This document shows positions 26,731-36,317 of a stretch of DNA of 64,000 nt, piece after piece. Both the position numbers and the translations under genes were made by a program. Within the stretch, counting starts at the first letter, position 1. Every line of letters begins with the position of its first letter. The DNA is from Trichosphaerium sp. ATCC 40318 (taxonomy: Eukaryota > Protista > Tubulinea). The stretch is from the NCBI GenBank assembly GCA_038496445.1, contig JALMLS010000062.1:620001-684000 (forward strand), written 5' to 3'. The notes beneath the pieces were generated by a model. The model ran no database searches and was not told the DNA's origin. It saw nothing but the letters and a program-made list of their open reading frames with translations.

Positions 26731-27306
26731 TTATTCACAAAGGCGCATTGGTTCACAAACGGGTCCAAAACCTCCGTTGATGCCCTTACAGTTTACCTTA
26801 TTCCCTTTTACAACAGTATAGTAGCGATTACATTCTTTTTTTGGATGTCCATTAAAGGTTGAACAATCATCGATTTTCTTGCTGTGACATCTTTCTGTGT
26901 TTGTGCAAGGGTTATTGCGGTAACATCCTTTTCGTCCTTGTATTGTTTGTACTGTGCATTGAGTACCCATAAAGTTGAAATAAGGGTAATCGGACCAATA
27001 TTGGTCACACTTGTGCAAAGGTACTGAATCGCATTGGAGGGTGTATTTTCCGCAGTTTGTAGGCGTAGGAACGCAAGTTTTGCCAGAAGGCATACATTTA
27101 TCTGCAGTTGCATTCCAGGCACATGAGTTACCTGCTTGGGCTGATTGCAATGTAAATGTGTAGTTGCAGTCGTTTTCGTTGGAGTAGTCGCAAGCTCTCT
27201 CGAATATGCTCGGACAATACGTCACAGCGACTTTTTGAGGCTTGATAGCGCTAACTAGAGCGCAAGAGAGAACTAGGATACAACAGAGAACGAGAGATGC
27301 TTGCAT
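26731..27306 (-). CDS. Intronless secreted cysteine-rich protein (191 aa) with three 6-Cys repeats
   Basis: Signal peptide MQASLVLCCILVLSCALVSA followed by 18 Cys in three similarly spaced modules. Confidence 0.85.
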   Translation of the reverse strand: MQASLVLCCILVLSCALVSAIKPQKVAVTYCPSIFERACDYSNENDCNYTFTLQSAQAGNSCAWNATADKCMPSGKTCVPTPTNCGKYTLQCDSVPLHKCDQYWSDYPYFNFMGTQCTVQTIQGRKGCYRNNPCTNTERCHSKKIDDCSTFNGHPKKECNRYYTVVKGNKVNCKGINGGFGPVCEPMRLCE

Positions 27307-27423
27307 TTAGAGGCGTACTTACTGGAACTGACTAAAAAGAAAGTTGCATGTAAAAACGGAACTACCATAAAAACTTGCAACTTAACGAACTAAGCCAACC
27401 TTTTGTTCTTGAAAAACTTTTTG

Positions 27424-30400
27424 ATGAAAATGTTTTATGCTGTGGCTCTATGTTGTTGCTTGGTCGCGCTGTTAACATGCTGTAGCGCTAGTCTTAACGC
27501 TGAATACTATAATAACACTGCTCTTGGGTATAAACCAGCGTTTTCGCATATTGACAATAATGTGGACTTCACGTGGCCAAAAGGCACCTCACCAAACAAG
27601 GTAACTGAACTAATGGCGAGGCTTCGCTTTCTAACATACTTTAACGGCCCTATCTGATGATTATTACTCTATCCGATGGACTGGTACGTTAACGGCACCA
27701 CGTGACGAACTGTACACATTTTCTGTAGTGGCGACTGACGCCGTCAGGTTTAAACCGTTTATCCTGTACACAATCCTACTAAAACATTATAGGTTGTGGA
27801 TATCAGATCACTTGGTAGTAGATGACTGGAAGAGTAGTAGTTTGCGCACTGTACGTGACTACGCAATTGTAGCTTTGTGTTTTGTCACATGTTCATTTTG
27901 TACTTTTGTGTTGACAGATCAATTGAAGGCCAAAGCTGTTTTAAATTATCCCATGAAGAAAGGAGAAACAGCTATTGTTCGCTTAGAGTACACTCACTTT
28001 GCAAATAGCCAGGTACAAAAGGCTTAATGTAGGCAGTGTTTATTGTTTTGCGTAGGAAGGGCGGATACAGCTCAGATGGGAAGGCAACTTTACAAAGGAC
28101 TCCGTGATACCAAGCAGTGTTATGACAACGTCTCTACCACCTTCTGAAATAGCGCGCAATGCTATTAGATATAAACAAGCAAATATTGGATGGGGTCAAT
28201 GGTTCGTTTGAAGGTTGCTTTTTTCAATACATCTAACATATCTTGTAGGTATCGAAACAACATGCTTGCAACAGTACACTGTCCTACAGGTTTTGGATTA
28301 TCCTTGGGATTATATAATATTGAGTAAGCAATTGCATCCTGTTGTGTCTAATAGAAGTAGGACAAAGAAGTATCTGTCCGATACAACCGTGTTTTACAGA
28401 AACAAACCAGCACAGATAATTCCAGGTTTTGAACAAACAGATTTATCTCCTTCGGTTTTTTACGTATTTACAGGTCCACATGCCACATATGGAGCAAGAT
28501 ATTCTAATATCACTGTTAATAATTGGCTTGGTATGGGGAGATTTGAAGTACAGACTGCAATGGATGGTACACGTTTACACTACACGTGACAAGTATTCAA
28601 CTAAGAAAAATAGGAAATGACGTATTAATACTGGGAACTCCAGTGTCCGGTAACTTTTCATCACACATGCTGATTGTAACGCCAATAATGGTGTGGAGTC
28701 GCACTGGAATTTTGTCTGTTAACAAGGAAGAAAGTATGTCCTGAAAATTGTTTAAAGTAACGTCTTCAAGGTACCTTCACTGCGACTATGCCAGGTTTCG
28801 ATGATGTACTTTTTTTTTCTTCAACGAGCGGGACAACAGTATCTGGTTTATCAAATCCTCACTTGGCATATCGACTAGATCAAGGACCTATATTGATTTC
28901 TACTGGAAAAGTTCGCCAACCCTCTGATGAGAAGACACTTTTCACCGAAGCACGCGAATCTGTAATTTCGGGTTAGGTTTCTCTTTTTTCTTTTTGCTAC
29001 TTACCCTGCTATAGAATACAAGAAATATGGAGAATTATCCGAAGTTTATAACGCTATACATACAGTAGTATCGTGGAATACTATATGGACTCCATACGAA
29101 GGTCTTGTTACGCCTGTATCTCGAGGATGGTCTTGGCCAGGTAACGAATAGAACTTGTTATTTTCTTTAAAACACTGACGACTGCAAAGCCAATTATGTA
29201 CTGTTTGATTGGGATAACTACTTCGTTTCGTATATGTATGGGATCGTTGATAAAGAACTAGCATATAGTAATGTCATACAAGTCACAAAATCGAGAACAA
29301 TAGATGTGCGAATATACATGAAAATTATAAAAAGTAACCTTCTGAGTTTAGGGATTTGTTCCTAACTTCTCATCTGGTACTGATAAATCACGTGATCGTA
29401 CTGAGCCAACAGTTGGATCTCGAGTTGTTTACGAGTTATGGAATAAATTTGGAGTACGTCTAACATACCGAACAAAGGGATCTTACTTAAAATAGGATGA
29501 TTGGTTAATTGATTTGTTGTTTGATGACTTGTTCAATTGGCTTGACTGGATATGGACCCATAGAAGACTCCCTCCACTAAACTTAGTGTGTTTGGTAAGT
29601 CTTTGCATAATGTTAGAGCCCTTTCTCTTAGCGTCTGCTTCAGGGAAGCGATCCAAACATGCCAGATTCAGAGAGAGAAAATTACATGCAAGGGCACGGT
29701 ATGAATCAGGATTAGATAACTCTCCAATGTACGATTCACCTCCTGTTGAATACAACAATACTATGCACAAAATGATGTTATACGGTACATAAGCATAGTT
29801 CGCAAACCAACAGTGCTAACTACTAGTAGATGTGGGAATGACAGCACTGTTTATAACGGAATGTCAAGTTCTCTCTGAGATAGCTACAAAGACTGGAAGA
29901 TCATCTCAAGCAGCACTGCTCACTCAACGTGCTAAAGAAATGATTCAAGCTATGAATGATAATCTATGGAGCGAGAAGGATGGTATATACGTCAACAAAA
30001 TAAGCACATCAAACACATTCTACAACAGGCACACTTTGTTCAAGTTTTTTCAAAATGTTTGACTGTTTTTTGGAAGGCTATCACCAACAAACTTTTATCC
30101 GCTCCTCACTGGATCAGCGAGCGATGCTCAGGCATTACAAATGCTGAAGCATTTGATAAATCCTAAAGAGTTTTGTGTTGTATCAAATACGACAGCAGCA
30201 GGCTGCTCATTTGCTTTGCCATCAATATCAAGGGATGATCCAGCTTTCAAAGATCAGTCGTATTGGAGGTGCGCTTACTTCACTAATGACATTAAATAAT
30301 ACTGGTTTATAAAGAGGACGTATATGGGGACCAATGGTACAGTTTGTTTATTGGGGATTGGAAAAGTACAGCCACATTCCAGAGATTGAACAAGCTAGAA

Positions 30401-30671
30401 AAAACTTTGTTTTACAGTCAAAGAATTTATTGATGATTGAATGGAATGAGGTGAACACTTTCAATTCCGTTACAGTACACGTGCTGATTTTTGGATAGGA
30501 ACATCATGTTCACGAGAATTACAACGGTATTACAGGACAAGGCGGTGACGTAGGAAACAGGTAAAAAATGTTTGCACTACATTCGTTCCTAATGAACTTG
30601 ACAGCAATCCATTCTATCATTGGGGAGCACTTACTGGGTTTATTTCCATATTAGAGCAAGGCCATTGGTAG
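27424..30671 (+). CDS. Secreted PA14 domain + GH63/MGH1-like (alpha/alpha)6 glycoside hydrolase, multi-exon
   Basis: Signal peptide; PA14 motifs LNAEYYNN...VDFTW...YSIRWTGTL. Hydrolase motifs WNTIWTP, VSRGW, LFDWDNYF, RTEP, ESGLDNSPMYD, YWRGRIWGP, HENYN, FYHWGAL. Confidence 0.85.
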
Positions 30672-30956
30672 AAATAGCAAGAAGCCAAATAAACTTACTG
30701 ACTCGTTCATCCTGCTGTCCAGTTTAAACTGCGAGTAAGCAAGGCAGTAGCCTTTTAGGCTTGTTGCAAGTTTTCTTTGAAACAATGACAGGAAACTCAC
30801 AATTTCGGTTCTCTACCTCCCAAAATCAGAAAGGTGGTTGTGACATACCTCAAGTCATTCACGCGTTGCCAGAGATTGTTCCAAGAACTTTGTAATTGGC
30901 TTAAAATAACTTAAAAAAAAATTTGACAAAAAAACAACATTTTCACAAGAAACGCA

Positions 30957-32947
30957 ATGTCAAAGAAACCAAAAGTACGCAAAGTACAAAAATAGCATTC
31001 TTATTGACGTGTTAAAACCTAGCTCACTCGCGCTGGAACTATGGAAGCAACAGCTATGGAAGGCCAGCAAATGTTAGAAAACCAAGGGTTTGAGGAGGTA
31101 GAAGAGCGTGAAACGCGCTCAACCAAGCGTGTACGCTAGTTTGTGTTTTTACATTCCAAGTATTAAAAATACGTTAACGCAAAAAAGGCCAAAGAGTCCG
31201 CTGATGTACTACTTGGTGCTAAGAGAAGACGTCCAGAGGAAGTTACAGCTTCAGAAATGCAGACATACGTAAAAGGCTTAAAAATGGCTTTTCGGTACCG
31301 TTAGAGGTTTCTCACGCCTTTAAACTTATTCTCGTTAGCGTTTTTGATGAAAACAAAGACGGCGTTATTGATGCAACGGAATTATTGTCAGTTTGTCGTT
31401 CTCTCGGTAAAAAGGCGACAGCAGCCAAAGCGAAAAAGATTCTTCAAGAAGCAGACACAAACAAAGACGTAACCTCTTTTTTATTGTTTCCCAAAAAGCG
31501 CGTTGCCTTATTAACGTGTATTACATGTAGGGCTGTATTTCAGTTGATGAGTTTGTTGCGTACATGGTACAAAAGAGAAAGCTCAAAGTGAAGGGAAAGG
31601 TACGTCACGTTGTTTTGTTTTTTCTCATGGCACGTGGTTTAAATACTGAGCGTGATAGGACTGTCCTCAGCCAAAGAAAAGGAAAGTTACACCAACTAAA
31701 GCTAAAGTACCTGCTAAGAAGACACCTGTTAAAAAGGCAACGAAAAAACCCGCGAGTCCTCCTCAACAACAAGAGAAGACGCCAAAGAAGAAGAAAACAA
31801 AGTAAAACCACTTTGATTTTATTTCAACATGGTTAACGTTGTTTGTTCTTTAGGCCTGCTTTGAATAAGGAGTTGAGTATAACAAACTTCTTTACAGAGT
31901 TTGCCGATCAACATGACGAGATTCAAGCCACCCATAAGGATGCACATCTCAATCCAACAGGTCGACAATACGACCTCGGAAGAGAACGAGCTTTTGGAAT
32001 GTTCACTGTATTATTATACTCCTATTATAAGTACCCCGATGTTGCCACATACCAAAATGGGGACCCAAACATCTGGACAAACCCTAAAAAAGCTCTTGAA
32101 GCCAAGGGATTTATAGTTATCCAAGCAGAGACCGAAGAGGTAATTCAGTGATTTCCTACCTTAGAAAATAATTTTGTTTTGTAGGAGATGCTTGATGATC
32201 TGCACAACCATGACCAAGTATGGATTATACCAGGCCAATCACCAACGAAGCATATGGCACGTCTCAAGAAAGAGATCAAGAAATTTCACGATGATGGCAA
32301 AGGAGTATTCATATGGTCGGACAATACGCCATACATCCGACAGGTAAAAACAATTTCACAAGTTGTGAATTAATTTTCTCTAGGCTAATGCGTTATTGGA
32401 TGCCCTTGAACTCGGTTATCAAGTTACCGGTAATCTCCCAGGTTCCAAGACCCTCACACTAGGTGGAAGGGGTACCCCTAAGAAAGGGACATGTACGAAA
32501 TGCTTGAGCACGTGTGATATCTTACTTTTTTGATAGTCAAGCGTCATCTTCTTACAACTGGTCTTGTCAGCCTTTATGAAGGTATCACCATATGCCATCC
32601 AACAAAGATCACACCGGACATGAATGTACGCAATACTATAATACAGCTGACATTGATATAACATTTATTAGATTATTGGAACTGGCACAGATGGCAAGGC
32701 ATGTTTTTGGTCTCATCACCCAGAAAAAAAAGGTAAACTTTGATTACTTTAAGGCTGCTTTTTTGTAATGTCGAGTTTAGGGCGCATTGTGGTTGACTGC
32801 GGATTTACAAAGTTGTACTGCAACTGGGATTCTGCTGGTACTGCTAGATTTGTAAGAAACTGCGCTGTTTGGCTCTGTGGTGTTGATTGGAGGCTTAAAA
32901 ACGGGTATCCAATGAAAGGTCCTATCGACTTTTCTAACACCGAATAA
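30957..32947 (+). CDS. EF-hand pair + Lys/Pro-rich linker + uncharacterised C-terminal alpha/beta domain (GATase/ThuA-like by inference)
   Basis: EF loops DENKDGVIDATE and DTNKD/GCISVDE. C-terminal motifs QYDLG, ALEAKGF, DQVWII, GVFIWSDNTPY, LYEGITI, GRIVVDCGFTKLYCNWDSAGTARFVRNCAVWL. Confidence 0.75.
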
Positions 32948-33078
32948 AAACACTTTTATGTTAAGTTGATACTTACGCTTTGGACCGAAAAAAGTCTACT
33001 AAATGAAAAGAGGATATCAAATCGTTGTGCTTTTATTCATTGCTTTAAGATAATTCGTAGTACAGCATACTTAGGATC

Positions 33079-33467
33079 TTAGCAGCTTCCACAAGCAGCT
33101 TCACTCCAGCAACACCATTTATCACTTCTGATACGGAAGCACAATGGAGATCCAGGGTAGCAGTATGCAGTTGAACCTATCAAAATAAACGTGAGATACT
33201 GAACAACACATTTTTCTTTTCACATACATTGACCATTCTTTTCACGACCACGTTTACGCCATCCAGGAGGACACCATCCATTTGTATCACATGTTTCACC
33301 ACACAACAGTGGTCCTTGCTAAATCGTATGTTAGAATACAAAGTAAGTGCTGCTGTTAGACTTACTTCAGTTGCTCGTTTAGCTCTTTCACTGAGCTCTT
33401 TAGATTGGACCGCCAAGGCAACAGCTAATGCCATGAGTACAAAAGCGAAAAGTGTTGTTGTTTGCAT
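33079..33467 (-). CDS. Secreted 10-Cys prepropeptide, leader type A, copy A1 (3 exons)
   Basis: MQTTTLFAFVLMALAVALAVQSKELSERAKR-ATE | QGPLLC...KNGQ | CSTAYC...AACGSC*; both introns GT-AG. Confidence 0.9.
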
Positions 33468-33774
33468 TGTTCTATGAGGTGTAGTTGTTCTTGTTATGGT
33501 TTTTATTTATGACTGGAAGGTCAATATGATTTAAGTCTCACGTGAAATGTTACGGTAAATTTTATTGTAAACACAAATATAATAGCGTTTCTGTTCTCTG
33601 TATTGATACCAAAGAGATTATGGATAAAAAGTTTAGCGAAAAAGAAATGAGGTAAAACGACTTATGATACTTTATTTCACTGAATACAACACTTAACTTA
33701 AACTGGATTTCTAAGTGCACTCAAACCAAAATACAAAACAACAACCAACGACAAACCTCTTCTTCAAACAACAA
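33468..33774. promoter_or_regulatory. Bidirectional promoter of peptide pair 1
   Basis: 307 bp between divergent ATGs; sequence blocks conserved with 35375-35716 and 62012-62345. Confidence 0.7.
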
Positions 33775-34188
33775 ATGAACACAACAATATTATTTGTATT
33801 GGTGACTTTGGCGTTGATACCAATTGCCTTGACGACCCAATCTAAAGACTCTGAAGAGATGCCAGATATGCACGAAAAAAGATCAACTGAGGTATGTCGA
33901 CACTTGCTACTTTTACTTTCAGTATGTTAATTAACATGCGGTTTAGCAAGGACCACTATTGTGTGGTGAAACATGTGATACAAATGGATGGTGTCCTCCT
34001 GGATGGCGTAAACGTGGTCGTGAAAAGAATGGTCAATGTATGTGAAAATCAAAGGTTGGTAGCAGACTTCTAAATACTTACCTTTATTAGGTTCAACTGC
34101 ATACTGCTACCCTGGATCTCCATTGTGCTTCCGTATCAGAAGTGATAAATGGTGTTGCTGGAGTGAAGCTGCTTGTGGAAGCTGCTAA
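33775..34188 (+). CDS. Secreted 10-Cys prepropeptide, leader type B, copy B1 (3 exons)
   Basis: MNTTILFVLVTLALIPIALTTQSKDSEEMPDMHEKR-STE, then the same exon 2-3 core as A1. Confidence 0.9.
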
Positions 34189-34569
34189 GATCTTGGCACT
34201 CCAATATGAATGTAAAACTAAATAAAGTACCCAAGTTTTACTACTATTCGTTTTCATAGTTAGGCTGCATTGTTTACAGTTCCAATTTCAACAAGAAACA
34301 CATTTTGTGAGCAATCGAATAGACAGCGCATAAACCAATAAGCTAGGCTAAATACATTAGCCATCCATGAAATTGCGCTTTGCAGACACCGGTTTACAGT
34401 AAACGTGAAACACACTGTTCAATCACTAAAACAACGTTCAACGTAGAGCAAAGTAAGCAGTACAGACTTACATTCACATTTTGAGCAAGTGATACCACAT
34501 CCAGGCAGGAAATGGCATCCCATTGATTTCTGCCTTTGTAGTCCAATCTGATTAGCTTAGAACTGTGAG

Positions 34570-34750
34570 AGCATGTCCCATTTTTGTGTAGTAGAACATG
34601 CCTCCTGGATGGAGTAGGCAAGTTCATGAAAAGCGTTACAGTTTATGCACAAACCAGGTTGCCCACTAGTATGCTACTACCCTGGATCATTACTAATAAT
34701 CTACTAATACCTAGAGGTGCTGCTGGAATGAGGCAATTGGCTGTCAGCAT
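34570..34750 (+). pseudogene. Decayed paralog of the 10-Cys peptide core
   Basis: Fragments PFLCSRTC, PPGWSRQVHEK, CYYPGS and CCWNEA, with frameshifts and stops. Confidence 0.65.
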
Positions 34751-34976
34751 GGATCACCTTGAACACTGAAACTTAATTAAATTATACAACTAAGACTTGT
34801 TAGTGCAACAAAAGCATGTAATAGTTCATTGAGACCGAAACATATGTGACTGATATTTATGCTACATTTTGATATAACCAGCACTTTAGTTAGTAAACTG
34901 TAGTCTGATCTACTTGTTGGTACTTTTATTGATTCTTTACAATGATATATGGTACAACAAGTAATGCTTTGCGATC

Positions 34977-35374
34977 TTAGCAGCTTCCACAAGCAGCTTC
35001 GCTCCAGCAACACCATTTATCACTTCTGATACGGAAACATAATGGAGATCCAGGGTAGCAGTATGCAGTTGAACCTAATAAAGGTAAGTATTAAAGAAGT
35101 CTGCTACCATTCTTTGGATTTTCACATACATTGACCATTCTTTTCACGACCACGTTTACGCCATCCAGGAGGACACCATCCATTTGTATCACATGTTTCA
35201 CCACACAACAATGGTCCTTGCTAAATCGTATGTTAGAATACAAAGTAAATGTAACAGCAGAACACGACTTACTTCAGTTGCTCGTTTAGCTCTTTCACTG
35301 AGCTTTTTAGATCGTACTGCCAAGGCAACAGTTAATGCCATGAGTACAAAAGCGAAAAGTGTTGTTATTTGCAT
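34977..35374 (-). CDS. Secreted 10-Cys prepropeptide, leader type A, copy A2
   Basis: MQITTLFAFVLMALTVALAVRSKKLSERAKR-ATE plus the identical core. Confidence 0.9.
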
Positions 35375-35716
35375 TGTTCTATGAGGTGTGGTTGTTCTTG
35401 TTATGGTTTGTATTTATGACTGGAAGGGCGAGATGATTTAAGTCTCACGTGAAATGTTACGGTAAATTATATTTGCTTTAAAATCGTAAGTCTACTTACA
35501 AAACCCAGATAGAATAGCGTCATTTGTTTTGGTATATTGATGGCTAACGATCGCGGAGCAATTGGTGGATTTAGCGAAAAAGAAATGAGGTAAAACGACT
35601 TATGATACTTTATTTCACTGAATACAACACTTAACTTAAACTGGATTTCTAAGTGCACTCAAACCAAAATACAAAACAACAACCAACGATAAACCTCTTC
35701 TTCAAACAAACAACAA
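35375..35716. promoter_or_regulatory. Bidirectional promoter of peptide pair 2
   Basis: Homologous to 33468-33774. Confidence 0.7.
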
Positions 35717-36124
35717 ATGAAAACAACAATGTTATTCGTATTGGTGACTTTGGCGTTGATACCAATTGCCTTGACAACCCAATCTAAGCACGCTCAAGAC
35801 TCTGAAGAAATGCCAGATATGCACGAAAAGAGATCAACTGAGGCACTTGCTACTTCTACTTTGTACATGACTAACATATGGTTTAGCAAGGACCATTGTT
35901 GTGTGGCGAAACATGTGATACAAATGGATGGTGTCCTCCTGGATGGCGTAAACGTGGTCGTGAAAAGAATGGTCAATGTATGTGAAAAGAAAAATGTTGT
36001 TCAGTATCTCACGTTTATTTTGATAGGTTCAACTGCATACTGCTACCCTGGATCTCCATTATGTTTCCGTATCAGAAGTGATAAATGGTGTTGCTGGAGC
36101 GAAGCTGCTTGTGGAAGCTGCTAA
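35717..36124 (+). CDS. Secreted 10-Cys prepropeptide, leader type B, copy B2 (intron-1 GT donor lost)
   Basis: B leader plus an intact core. An 8-nt deletion (tatgtcga) turns GAG|GTATGT into GAG|GCACTT. Confidence 0.75.
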   Translation: MKTTMLFVLVTLALIPIALTTQSKHAQDSEEMPDMHEKRSTEALATSTLYMTNIWFSKDHCCVAKHVIQMDGVLLDGVNVVVKRMVNVCEKKNVVQYLTFILIGSTAYCYPGSPLCFRIRSDKWCCWSEAACGSC

Positions 36125-36317
36125 TATCCACAAACGTGTAAAACTTGAAATAAAGTTCCCAGTTACAAATTCTTGTTTAATTAAGATTGATTGAAAAAAA
36201 GAAAGGATGTGTTTGTATGACAAGTGCTATGTAAGAAAAACGTCTACACTAAAATCTTGTTGAGGAGGAGCACAACAGAACAAACTCTAGCGATACAGTA
36301 TACTAAAAGTTAAAAAT

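Noticed and set aside
33180-33467. ORF-track proteins containing SKDHCCVVKHVIQMDGVLLDG (also 62419-62652) and antisense ORFs such as MVLLERSCLWKLL
   Set aside because: Intron read-through into the wrong frame of exon 2, or shadow ORFs. The variation is synonymous only in the QGPLLC frame.
33539-33544. CACGTG (E-box/G-box) in the peptide promoters
   Set aside because: Present in pairs 1 and 2 but absent at the equivalent site in pair 3, and common throughout introns and exons of the window.
33079-36124. Repeats as a CRISPR array or LTR element
   Set aside because: The repeats are spliced coding exons in inverted orientation. There is no spacer periodicity and no cas or RT gene, and the DNA is eukaryotic.
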